Below the pieces are notes generated by a model. That model saw only the letters and a program-made list of their open reading frames with translations, was not told the origin of the DNA and made no database searches. Position numbers and translations under genes: made by a program. This document shows, in pieces, positions 13,485 through 25,857 of a DNA stretch of 64,000 nt (the first letter of the stretch is position 1; every line of letters starts with the position of its first letter). The stretch comes from Octopus sinensis (Eukaryota): NCBI RefSeq assembly GCF_006345805.1, contig NC_043005.1:52948001-53012000 (forward strand), read 5' to 3'.

Positions 13485-14840
13485 CAAGGGTCGGTTAAAA
13501 AGTGTATAGGCTGACCAAGAAATTTTCATGGAATGTGACCAAATGAGGTTCATTTATCGGCATAATCCTCCTTGCGGTTCATACACTTCTTCCATCGGTG
13601 TTGCAGTGCTTGGACCCCATTGGCGTCGAAGCTGTCATCCTGTTGGTAAAAAAACAAAGCCATCATTAAGATAATGGTTTCCAGCCAAGTGTTCTTTCCT
13701 GTTAGAGAACAGATGATACTCAGATGGGTCTCAATCAGGAAAATAAGGATGATGATCAACCAGTTCAAAGCCACAGTCACGCACAACAGCCAATGAAACC
13801 AAGGACTTACGTGCCGGAGCGTTATCCTGATGACACAAGACCACTTACGTCAGTTTTCATGAGCTTTTGGTCATCACAGCCTTTTGTAACTGCTTCAGCA
13901 AGTTGGCATAGCATTCTCCCTTGATGGTGTGACGCTTTTGATGGTGGTCAATAAACACAATGCCTTTCGCATCCCCAAAACCTGAAGCCATCACCTTCCC
14001 TGCCGATGAAACGCTCTTGGCCTTCTTTGGAGCAGGTGAGGAAGGATGTTTCTACTGCATGAATTATCTCTTTGTTTCTGGCTCAGAGTGATGAACCCAA
14101 AACTCATCCTGTGTTAGGAAACATTCAAAGAAACCAACTGGATCTGTCTGAAACAATGTCAGCTTTTCCCGTGATGTGATTAGCCTGATGCGCTTTTGAT
14201 CACGTGTCAGAAGACGTGACACGCACCGAGCAGAACCCTTTAACAAGGTTCACAACGTTGCACGCATTCGAACTATTTCATCGATCCATTGGTAACTTAC
14301 ACCCACATGTATCAAAGGCATTGAAAATTTATTCATATTCATTGTGTAGAATATTCTCTATTTTGTCACGGGATACGCTAATGAGCATTGCCTATTTGAT
14401 TTATATTGTCAATCGTCTGTCATGTAATAAAAGCGATCAATGTATTCCTCGGGGGTGGCAATTACAGGACATCCAGATTTTGAGTGATATTCAAAACTAC
14501 CACTTCCCATCTTAAATTCAGCTGCCCATTTTTGAAATGTTAATAAAGCTGGAGTGTCATCTCTTCATGTAGCAACCATGTCAGCATGAATGTCCTTAGG
14601 GGCTAAATCTCTTTTTGGGCAAGTACTTGATAACATCACGGTGCTAAGTTTTCTCCATTTTCAAGAAAAGACGCTACTAGTTACATTTGAAGTCTTCTTT
14701 GAAGAGTCAGATATCAGTTTACCTGGTATGAAAGAAAGCTGTTATTAATAAGAAGAGTTGAAGTTAATGCATGCAAGAATTCACAACACTAGCATCACTC
14801 CTTCATAGTCAGCCCGTGAACTTTTCAGTCTATTCTCCTT
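13485..14840 (-). mobile_element. Near full-length decayed mariner (DD34D) transposon
   Basis: Fragments read SARCVSRLLTRDQK (WVPRLL motif), FLTQDEFWVHH (D1), QDNAP (D2), PYFPD*DPSE (YSPDLAPSD relic) and GVQALQHRWKKC. Degenerate TIRs at both ends; multiple stops and frameshifts. Confidence 0.93.
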
Positions 14841-14849
14841 ATGTCAAAT

Positions 14850-15250
14850 GATCGACAATCAATAAGAGTGAGAAAACAGAGAAAAGTGATGAATATCAAG
14901 TTCCTTGGACCACCAGAAAGCTTCTGAACACCAAAAAGAGATAAGAGCCTTGATTCACTGGACACCATATGCCAAGAAAGAAAAGGCCTTGAGCACTTGA
15001 TAACAATCGGCAGACTGAAAGAAAGAAATCAGAAAAGACAGAGAGAGGGAAGATCTTGGATAGCCTTAATAGCTTACTTCAGTTAGACCGCCCGTATAAT
15101 GTGCTAAGTTGGGGAACAGAAGAGCACTGTGTGCTCTTGACAGAAGGGCACTAAGCGCTTTTGACACAAGGACACTGTACGCTTTTGACATAAGCGTACG
15201 GAAGACCATGATTATGATTGCTGACGCCTGTTGCCATGGCACATAATATG
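14850..15250 (+). mobile_element. RTE-clade LINE 3' fragment
   Basis: Frame-broken VPWTTRK...FTGHHM...LEHLITIGRLKER...RQRE..LDSL, then gaagaccatgat...gacgcctgttgccatggcac; typical RTE ORF end. Confidence 0.75.
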
Positions 15251-15654
15251 AGACGAAGTGAGAGGGATGTTTGTGTGTATATGTGTGCGTGTGTGTGTTA
15301 ATCCGGTTTAACACCATCACCTAACCCTTTATCAAGGTTCACAATGTTGCACGCATTCAAATATTTCACCGATCCATTGGTAACTTACAACCGCATGTAT
15401 CAAAGGCACTGAAAAGAATCATGTGTAGGCCTTGCTTTCTGTCCGTGATGAAACAATTAGAAAGCTCTCACCTAAGGTATTTAATCAAATACAAATACAC
15501 AAATCATACATCTGTGTGCACCTGTTGCTCTCCTCTCAAGTAAGAATAATATTTCTCCACTTGTTTCAAGTAGTGACTGATGAAGAATTAGCTACGAATT
15601 TTCTGTTATGATGTTGCGAAATTTTCTGTTTGTTGCGCTTTTGTTAAATTTTTG

Positions 15655-15715
<61 letters not shown>

Positions 15716-15744
15716 AACATACATATATATATATAGACATAGAT

Positions 15745-15809
<65 letters not shown>

Positions 15810-15969
15810 GATATATGTATATATTATACATAGACATACATATATACATTTATGTATATACATACATATAAGTGTGTGTGGATATATCTATATATATACT
15901 TATGTATAATATATATATATATATACACACACACAAACACAAAACACACCTCTCATATAAATAAACAAA

Positions 15970-16145
15970 CGGCAAGCTGGCAGAATCGTTACTACGCTGG
16001 ACAAAGTGCGTAGTGAAATTCCTTGCCCTAAGTTCTCAGTTCAAATTCCATCGGGGTCGATAAAACCTTTTGTGATAGGAAAAAATAAGTAACAGTTGAG
16101 CACTGGGGTGGATGTCATTAGTTATTCCCATCCCACAAAATTCCC
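15970..16145 (+). mobile_element. SINE-A (degenerate)
   Basis: ggcaagctggcagaatcgtt head, gttcaaattcc B-box, ataagtaacagttgagcactgggg. Confidence 0.8.
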
Positions 16146-16188
16146 GTCTAATACTATACTGATTTTTTTTTTCTTTTTGGCGTATTTT

Positions 16189-16563
16189 TACTCTTACTCT
16201 TTTACTTGTTTCTGTCATTTGACTGTGGCCATGCTGGAGCACCGCCTTTAGTCGAGCAAATCGACCCCGGAACTTATTCTTTGTATGCCTAGTACTTATT
16301 CTATCGGTCTCTTTTGCAGACGGGGACGTAAACACACCAGCATCGGTTGTCAAGCGATGTTGAGGGGACAAACACAGAAACACAAACATACACACACACA
16401 CACACACATACATATATACATATATACGACGGGCTTCTTTCAGTTTCCGTCTACGAAATCCACTCACAAAGCTTTGGTTGGCCCGAGGTGCCACGCAGTG
16501 GGAATGAACCCGGAGCCATGTGGTTGGTAAGCAAGCTACTTACCATATAGCCACTCCAACGCC
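16189..16563 (-). mobile_element. SINE-B, near full length
   Basis: Both modules and an internal (CA/TA) tract. Confidence 0.92.
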
Positions 16564-17139
16564 TATATTTGGGTGTATATTTAATATAATCAATCCTTTG
16601 TGCTTAACTAGTATTTATTCCATCGAACCCCGAAAGACGAAAAGCGAAATCAACATGGTTAGGTGAGGAATTTGGACGGAGAACGAAAATGGACACGAAT
16701 AAATGCCACCACGTTAATATCAACCAGAGTTCTCTGCAAGCTCTGCTGCTTGAGGTCATTCTGATTATTTTAATAATGCATTTATTGTCTACCAAACTTC
16801 AGACTTCCATTAAAGGTATTTTCAAAATAATGACTTTTGTACAGTCACACAAACATACATTAAATATACAAGTTATCCAATTGCACTTGATAACCTGGCG
16901 GATTCTGTTTACCTGGTCGAGTGTTTGTTACGAAATAATGAAATCTCCTGTAAATGAAATTGGCCAAGTTCTTGCCGACAATAACGATAACGCATAGTAA
17001 TAACAACAACAACAACAACAACAACAGCAGCACACCAACACATGGAATTAGTCATACCTGCTTTGTCTTTTAGTCGAAGAACTTATGGCTCTCCTTCTCA
17101 GTCACTCATTCTCACACTCTCTTTCGCAGTGTCTGCTTT

Positions 17140-17168
17140 TCTTTCTTCCTTCCTGTCTTTCTTTCTTC

Positions 17169-17206
<38 letters not shown>

Positions 17207-17210
17207 CTTT

Positions 17211-17261
<51 letters not shown>

Positions 17262-17806
17262 CTTTCGTTCTTTCGTTCTTTCTTTCTTTTCTATCCTTTC
17301 AGTGCATTTGTATGTATGTATGTATGTATGTATGAGTGTGTGTGTATGTATGTATATATGTATGTATGTATGTATGTGTGTGTATGTATGTGTGTGTATG
17401 TATGTATGTGTGTGTATGTATGTATGTATGTATGTGTGTGTGTGTTTGTATGTATGTATGTACGTATGTATGTACGTATGTACATATGTGTGTGCATGTA
17501 TACATAAATGGATATACATATGCAATCATAAATACATAAGTAAATACATACATACATGCATGCATACATACATACATACATACATACATACATACATACA
17601 TACATACATACATACATACATACATGCATACATACATACATACATACATACATGCATACAAACATCACACTTCAAGTGGGTGCTTTTCAATTTGTCCCTA
17701 CTTGCTCTTCTTCTTCTTCTTCTTCTTCTCCTCCTCCTCCGCCACCACCACCACCACCACCTCCTCCTCCTCCTCCTCCTCCTCCTTCTTCTTCTTCTTA
17801 TTCGTC

Positions 17807-17838
<32 letters not shown>

Positions 17839-17900
17839 CTTCTTTCTTCTTTCTTCTTTCTTTCTTTCTTTGTTCACCTCTTTGTTAGTAGCTTGGTCTT
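17140..17900. repeat. Compound microsatellite zone (TTTC, TATG, CATA, CTT/CCT/CCA)
   Basis: Directly visible; source of many spurious ORFs. Confidence 0.97.
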
Positions 17901-18258
17901 CATCTTCTCCAGTAATTCTCTCTCTCTCTTAAAGAGGCCATCTTTTGTAAGACGTTGCACGACGGAAATACTTGGTTATTCCTAGTCATTTTGTTTACTA
18001 GTCATGCAGGTCCCCTGTGGTTTTCTCTACATATATTGCTGTCTATAAACGCACGTCTCTAGCTGCCTGTCTGCCTGCCTTTCTGTTTGTCTGTCTGTCT
18101 GTCTGCGTGGTCCTCAGAATTAAAATTCTCGCTTCTATTTCCATCTTGTCGATCAAAATAAACAGGGATAAACGTCTTCATCTTTGTTTTAACCATTTAT
18201 ATTTTAAGGTAAATTGTAAATGCATTGTCTCTTCACTCTACTGCTGCTGCTACTGCTG

Positions 18259-18319
<61 letters not shown>

Positions 18320-18456
18320 AAGCAAACAGTCATGTAATTGTATGCACATTCATCCCTGTGTTTAAGTACATGCTCATGCTGGAACTTCCATTTGCGTGTG
18401 TCTATATATATCTATGCTATATGTATGTTCGTGCTTGTACGATATATATATGTGTG

Positions 18457-18491
<35 letters not shown>

Positions 18492-18557
18492 GCGTGTACA
18501 GCTGTCAGTGTGTGTGTCCTGGAGTATATATAAGCGTGCATAATGCACGTATGATAA

Positions 18558-18588
<31 letters not shown>

Positions 18589-18974
18589 TGTATGTATGTA
18601 TGTATGTATGTATGTATGTATGTATGTTTGTATGTATGTATAAATATGAAAGGCAACATGAAGGCGTATGGTTCAATGGTTAGAGAGTCCAGCTTACAAT
18701 CGTGAGGTTGTGAGTTCGATTCCTGGACCGGGGTGTATGTTGTGTTCTTCACTTTATTTCACGATGCTACAGTTCACTCAGCTGTATAAATGATTTGTAT
18801 CGACCTTTGCATTTCCCTTGGACAACAAAGGTAGCGAGACGAGGAAAGAAGAGACTTTTGGTATGCATGGGCGGTTGCTCTTACACAAGCAACCTTTCCC
18901 AGACTTGTGCCTCGGAGGGTAACTTTCTAAGTGCAATCCCATGTCCATACACACACACACACACTGACATACTG

Positions 18975-20030
18975 TATATAGAAGTCTTGTTTTCTTTTTT
19001 TCTGCGATCAGAGGTCCTCATTGAATTTAATTAAGCTTTTCCTCGCAATTATAACGATATTAGATCTTTGTTTAGATCAGTAATTTTGGAGGTAAATATT
19101 GGTTTGCTCAGAAGGATACATGAAGCAGAAGAATAATAGTTTATCAATGTTGAATTGAATGAAAGAGATATTCCATATGATTTCTAATATTTTATACCAG
19201 TCTAGGATTGTATTTTATACCAGTCTGCAATTGTAAAGATAAGCTCCGTAATCGTCTGTAGTATTTTTCATCAAATTGGAAAGAATATCGCTGTTTTTGC
19301 TTTTCGAAGATTATTTTAAATTACTGAATTACTGAATTTGTATTATTCCATAGATGAACTATGACGTGCTGTTTTGAAGGAGATGGAATCTAATATATTT
19401 TTATTCATGGTTCCTATATAAATTTTGAAGGATTAATGTTTCCAGTTGAAGGACGGCTTGTGAAAAATTAGGTTTATGATCATTACATGTAAAATATGGC
19501 TTCTGTGTTATGTACTACTGTCCTATATTCTATATTTAATTCGGTGATAGTTTTTTTTAACGCTGGCATTGGTATAATTTAAGACTACCAAATTTTTTAA
19601 ATATCTCATTTGTAAATTAATATAAAAGGAACCGACGGTAGGTTTGGTCGTTTAATTCGCAAACATTCCGCCTTTTATCTGAGTTGACAAAATAATTATC
19701 GCTGCTTTTTTAACATTTTTGATCTCATTCCCGAAATTTACACAAAAGAGTTGATGTTTTTTTTTTTCCTAAACTTAATATTTTTAATTAGAATAAGTTG
19801 TCTTCAAACGGCTGTTAGAGGATGTTTGGAGGTAGATATCTGACAGTTTTGAAACCAAATTTATTTTTCGTTTCATCTTCATGTAAGATTTTTTCGAAGA
19901 AATAAACTTTCTCTCTGATCCTCTTAATAAAACTTTCTGCTTTTTGTTGCAGGCATTTCACGTACACTTTATTTGAAGGCATAGGTATGTTTTTCATAGA
20001 AATGTGAAGCTGTTGTTGTTGTTGTAACAT
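18975..20030 (-). mobile_element. Decayed Penelope-like element, N-terminal and RT region
   Basis: MKNIPMPSNKVYVKCLQQKAESFIKRIREKVYFF...KNKFGFKT, then frame-broken PFEDNL, NDHKPNF, HLWNNTNSVI, FQFDEKYY and IARKSLIKFNEDL; motifs typical of PLE ORFs. Confidence 0.8.
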
Positions 20031-20246
20031 CTTTTAAATCTCTTTATATTTATAAAGATCTGAAACTTGCAAGGCGCTCTAATTTATTGATAAACAGGAT
20101 CTCAGTTATATATATAAAAAAAAAAACGTAAATCATTAACAGAATAAAGGACTTAATGCTGTCAAGAGAAGTAAATATTGATTCTTCAAACATTAGCAGT
20201 TAGTTCGAAGTTTCATCTAACGAAACAATGTGTTGAGAAAACGAAC

Positions 20247-20248
<2 letters not shown>

Positions 20249-20290
<42 letters not shown>

Positions 20291-20295
20291 TAATA

Positions 20296-20346
<51 letters not shown>

Positions 20347-20435
20347 TGATAATTTTCCATCATACCCAGCAAAATAAGCTGAGTTTTCTTCACATAATGA
20401 TGATGATAATGATTATAGTAATAATGATAATGATG

Positions 20436-20527
<92 letters not shown>

Positions 20528-20530
20528 AAG
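20249..20530. repeat. (AAT/GAT/AAG)n trinucleotide tract
   Basis: Directly visible. Confidence 0.97.
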
Positions 20531-20985
20531 AATTCTTTCGACTAAACACAAAAGGCCTGAAATTTGTGGGAAGGGGACTAGTCGATTGCTTCGAGCCTAA
20601 TATTTCACTGGTACTTAATTTATCAACCCTGAAAGGTAAAGTCGACCTCGGTGAAATTTGAACTCAGAACGTTCTCTACATTAAGATCTAGGTGGGAGAG
20701 CGAGGTTGATTACATTGACCCCAGTGTTCAACTTCTTTTATCGATCCCAGTAGGATGAAAGGTAAAGATGACCGCGACGGAAATTGAACTCGGAACGTAA
20801 GTACAGACGAGATGCCGCTCACCCCTTTTGCCCGGAGTCAAATATTGGTTTCAAATTTTGGCACAAAGCAAGGAATTTCGAGAGGGAGGGAAAATCAATT
20901 ACATCAAGCATTCAACCCCAAAAGGATGAAAGACAAAGACGACCTCCACGGAATTTGATCTCGGAAAGTAAATACAGAGGAAATA
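20530..20985 (-). mobile_element. Cluster of three truncated SINE-A copies
   Basis: Repeated gaaaggatgaaag..aaagtcgacctcgg..gaatttgaactc at about 20630, 20755 and 20920. Confidence 0.75.
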
Positions 20986-21232
20986 CCTCTCAGTGTGCTT
21001 ACATTTCAAAAGCATTTTTTACTTGTTTCAGTTATTGGACTGTGGCCATGGTCGAAGGCTTTAGTCAAACAAATCGACTCCAATATTTACTATTTCTTTT
21101 TAAGGGTGGTACTTGCTTTATCGGACGCTTTCAGCGAACCACTAAGTCATTGTGAGGTAAACAAACCACCACCGGTCGTCAAATGATGGTGGAGGAGACA
21201 AACACAAATACGAAAACCAAGCGCGTTCATTC

Positions 21233-21480
21233 GGGCCTGACACCACTACGTTTTATGGGGCTACTTAAACAATAAAGTTTACAATACAAATCCAGTAACA
21301 GTAGACGAACTGAGAGCAGCTATTGAACGAGAATATACTGAAAAGAAAAAATAATTGCTGCTATGTATCTTGATGCTTGTGATTCCATTGCTTTGCATTG
21401 TCAGCAGTGCCTGGCTAGAACAGTCATCAGTTTGAAAACGGCTAGTCATAAAAATCTTTTTGGGACATCGTCTATAATCT
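21233..21480 (+). mobile_element. Tc1/mariner-superfamily transposase 3' fragment with right TIR
   Basis: LTPL.F.WGYLNNKVYNTNPVTVDELRAAIERE; ends tttttgggacatcgtcta, a cagggtgtcccaaaa-like TIR. Confidence 0.7.
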
Positions 21481-21949
21481 ATATGTATGTACATCATTCT
21501 TCAGTTTATTTCAAGTTTTCTTGCCAATAGAGGAAGAACCGGTTTTTAACCTAGATCCAAGGCTCCTTCACTGGAATTTCAGCATCAACAACAGGGTATT
21601 TTTGTATGTATGTATGTATGTATGTATGTATGTATGTATGTATGTATGTATGTATGCATGTATGTATATATATATGTATGTATGTGCAGATTTGCATGTT
21701 TTATATATGTATTCTCATGTATATAGTTGCATATCTAAGCATGATCATATATATTTAAATGATAAACTTCTGGAAAGTTTTACAGATTTTTACAGTTCTG
21801 ATGGATTGGGTCTGTAGTCTTCGAGTTAGCTTTAATTTGTGCAAAACTTATTGAGCACCAATTATCCTGTAATGCGAGAAATATATCGAAAGCTTTCCCT
21901 TTGCAAATAAATGCAAAGCAGAATATTTACTTAGGAAATCTCTATAAGA

Positions 21950-22600
21950 GATGCTTGCTTTCCAACCACATGGTGCCACAGCGTGGTATCTTGGGAAAGT
22001 GTCTTCTACTATAGCCTCGGGTCGACCAAAGCCTTGTTAGTGGATTTGGTAAACGGAAACTGAAAGAAGCCCGTCGTATATATGTATGTAAGTATGCATG
22101 TATGTATGTAAGTATGCATGTATGTATGTATGCATGCATGTATGTATGTATGTATGTATGTATGTATGTATGTATGTATGTATGTATGTATGTATGTATG
22201 TATGTATGTATGTATGTATGTATTATGTATGAATTTATGTATGCATGTATGTACGTATGTATGTATGTATGAATTTATGCATGTATGTATGTACGTATGT
22301 ATGTATGAATTTATGTACGTATGTATGTATGTATGTATGTATGTATGTATGTATGTATGTATGTATGTATGTATGTGTATGTATGTATGTGTTTGTGTGT
22401 CTGTGCCTGTCCCCGCAACATCGCTTGACAACCGATGCTAGTGTACTTACGTCCCTGTAATTAGCGGTTCGGCAAAAGAGACTGATAGAATAAGTACTAG
22501 ACTTACTAAGAATATGTTCCGGGGTCGATTTGTTCGACTAAAGGCGGTGCTCCAGCATGGTCGCAGTCAAATGACTGAAACAAGTAAAAGAATAAAAGAA
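21950..22600 (+). mobile_element. SINE-B with about 315-bp internal (TATG)n
   Basis: Head 21950-22077, microsatellite to about 22390, second module to 22600. Confidence 0.92.
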
Positions 22601-22763
22601 TACTTAGAAGTATAGTTAATCCACGTCAATATGGCTGTTCCGTAGGAATCGACGTTACTACCGTCTTTAACCCTGGGAGGAGCCTCCTCTAGTTGGTTAT
22701 CTATTCAGTCTGCACCAGATATGTATTGCAAGCAGGGGAGTGAATTCCTACCATCTTCCAGTT

Positions 22764-22826
22764 ACGAGACCGCCAGAACGTACGGTTTCGAGCTCTTTGT
22801 GCTATTCTTCGGTGGTGGATACTCGT
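22764..22826 (-). ncRNA. Degenerate type I hammerhead-ribozyme relic
   Basis: Minus strand: acgag tat ccacca CCGAAGA atagcacaaagagctc GAAA ccgtacgttC tggcgg t ctcgt. Correct order of helix I, core, helix II, GAAA and helix III; about 4 substitutions from canonical. Confidence 0.5.
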
Positions 22827-22959
22827 CCGCTAGAGATAGCAGTAGTTCTGTCCAGCTTGCACTATAATAGAAAATAAATGACACCCGGTTACCGATCTTG
22901 TAACAAGCAAAGTATCCAGTTAGAAAATCTCTATAAGAGATAAATATATAGTTACTATT

Positions 22960-23259
22960 GTTTGTTCCTTCTCGAGCCATGCCTGGCTTATAAGGGCCGG
23001 TTTCCCGGTTTCCTTGGCGTATAGGTTCCCCACCTAGACGGGACGCCGGTCCGTCGCAGGTGAGCTGCAAGATGCAGGAGGAAAGAGTGAGAGAAAGTTG
23101 TGGCGAAAGAGTCAGCAGAAGTTCGCCATTACATTCTGCTGGAGCAACGTTGAACTTAGGTGTTTCGCTCATAAACACACATCGCCCGGTCTGAGATTCG
23201 AACCCGCAATCCCTCGACCGCGAGTCCGCTGCTCTAACTACTAGGCCATGTGCCTCTAC
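22960..23259 (-). mobile_element. SINE-C, full length with 12-bp TSD
   Basis: TSD atagttactatt at 22948-22959 and 23260-23271. Confidence 0.96.
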
Positions 23260-23267
23260 ATAGTTAC

Positions 23268-23478
23268 TATTCTGAAAAGTAATGTTTATTGCCACTTCAA
23301 CGTAGCTGTTTCGTAGGAATCGACGCTTTTAGCCCCGGGAGGAGCCTCCCCCAGCTGGTTATCGATGGAATCTACACCTTACTTTCTTGCTTGCAGGGTT
23401 AAAACGGTAATAAAGTCGATTCCTACGGAACAGTCAGATTGATGTGGAGATAAACATTACTTCTCAGAATATCTAGTT
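23268..23478. mobile_element. Foldback-type MITE with about 57-bp TIRs
   Basis: tattctgaaaagtaatgtttattgccac...ctgtttcgtaggaatcgac is inverted to gtcgattcctacggaacag...gtggagataaacattacttctcagaata. Related copies at about 22610-22745 and 61805-62052. Confidence 0.8.
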
Positions 23479-23660
23479 TTTAGCCGCAAACATGTTTTGC
23501 TGTTGCTTTCCTAGAAATATAGCACCTTTGGCTATTGGTGTCATTTTTTCTCTTGTTATCTCAATTCTTATTGTACAGGTATATAATCAAAGTAATTCGC
23601 CCATGATCATCATTAAGCAGCACATAGCTTCTCGGAGAGCCAAATAGAGGGCCTTTAATA

Positions 23661-23862
23661 TTCTTTTCTACTCTAGGCACAAGGCTCTAAATTTTTGAGG
23701 AAGGGTCCAGTCGATTAGATCGATCCCAGTACGCAACTGATACTTAATTTATCGACCTCGAAAAGATGAAAGGCAAAGTCGACCTCGGCGGAATTTGAAC
23801 TCAGAACGTAAAGACAGACGCAATACCACCTGCCGTGGTAGCGTTTCTGCCAGCTCGCCGCC
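23661..23862 (-). mobile_element. SINE-A with 16-bp TSD
   Basis: TSD tagagggcctttaata at 23645-23660 and 23863-23878. Confidence 0.96.
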
Positions 23863-25332
23863 TAGAGGGCCTTTAATAGTAATTAATGACTAATAGTGCT
23901 TTTTTTTCACCACGTATTTTTCGCAATTAAAAAATGAATGCTCTTTGTAATAAGTATGTTAATGCTGTTTTTTAATCACTTAATTATAGGGAAAGGTAGC
24001 AGCCATGGGCCTTTCTTATCCACCCAACCCACCGCCCCGAGACTGATAAGAGGGAAGAAGTACCCTGAAACCAAAACTAAGCCCGAATGCTGTTAAAGAC
24101 ACCCAAAAGTTATGTGGTGGGGTTCAACCATGTAGGCTACAGCAAGACTTGAACTCAGAAATGGAAAGAACTTAAAGAAATACCACAAGGTATAACATCC
24201 GACTCTGAAACCATTCTATCATTTCATCGCCATAGGCTGGTACCTTGTGTATCTACACGGGAAGAATGAAATGCAAAATTAAGCTGGGTGGGATTCGAAC
24301 GCAGTATGTGAGGAACCGGAATGAATTGTATTCAGCATTTCATCCGATACCCCGAACGTTGTTACCAATACACCATACATAAATTTGAGACTTTCTGAAT
24401 CGATGTGGATGCGGTGACTAAAATGCCTTTAGCTTAATATTTTATCTTCTTAACAAGACATTTTCGGTTGGATTCGAAATTAGAGTACAAACGGAATATC
24501 CAAAACACAATCCCGCAATTGGCGGCAAATCAACAGTCACTTTGAGCGTCGGACAGAATACTTCGAGCTATATTTCCCGACTGTTTGCACTCTATGTTCA
24601 ATTTCCACCGGTATCAACTTTGTTGCTTATCACGTCGAGGCGGATATAAAAAACAAAAAAACAAAAAACAACCAATCCAAGGCGGGTGACTGAAGGAATT
24701 GTAAAGCACGTCGGACTGAATCCCTTGTAGTAGTTATTCCTGCGTTTTGCACTCTGAGCTCAAATCCCTCCATGGATTACTTACTTGGGTGTTCGACTTA
24801 ACATACTCCTCGCTTTAACGCCACCATTTAACATTTTGGATACCTTTAGCGCAATTCCCCTTGTTTCAAGCATTCAAGACAGGTTTCCAATCTGAAAATT
24901 CTTTCCCCCATTCTCTCCCTTACTCCCACTAATCTTGGAGGCTTTGTAAAAGGTCATGGGCACCGCTTTCCCTCCTAACTAAAAGACAGAAAAAAAATGA
25001 TATCTTTTCTCGAATACTGAGAGATTCAGTTAACTTCCTGACCTGTTCCATCCTGTGAGTAAGGATTATCATAAATATTAAGACTTTGAAAATTTCTAAA
25101 AATGGTTGAGTTTTCTTTGAAAGGAAGAAAATGTCAGTGGCATTAGTAGCTTATAAAGAAATTCCCTTCTAGTCTCAACCAAAGAATGACGTTCCAGTAA
25201 GACGTAAATAAATTCTCGGGTCAATCTTGGGTCATATAGCTTGTTTTCCAAGACAGAAGGGAAACTTTCGTCTACATCTTTCTTATTTATTGCTAATGAT
25301 ATTGATTCTTGTATTAGGCACAAGGCCAATTC

Positions 25333-25384
<52 letters not shown>

Positions 25385-25561
25385 GGAGGGAGAGAGAAAG
25401 AGAAGTATATATATATATATATATATACACACACATATATATCATAAGCTTATACACACACACACACACATATATATAATATGTATATATAGATATATAT
25501 GTATGTATGTATATATTTATATGTATATATATTTATACTCAGAAATCATACGCATATATAT

Positions 25562-25611
<50 letters not shown>

Positions 25612-25781
25612 TATTTATACACAGGAATCATACGTATATATATATTGTGCATATATATATATTATATACATTATACTATATAAATATAATATATATTATA
25701 TCTGTATTATTCACACATATATGTGTGTGTATCTATATACAGGTATATATTATGTGTGTGCGTATGTATATGTGGAGAGAA

Positions 25782-25857
<76 letters not shown>

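Noticed and set aside
16913-16947. 35-nt minus-strand segment between tttcatttacag and gtaaac
   Set aside because: Splice-like ends but too short to identify, and no partner exon supports it.
17042-18752. Numerous ORFs of MYVC/HTYI/LSIY/poly-S type here and at 22, 25, 43, 46-47, 49, 52 and 59-60 kb
   Set aside because: They are translations of microsatellites that lack stop codons.
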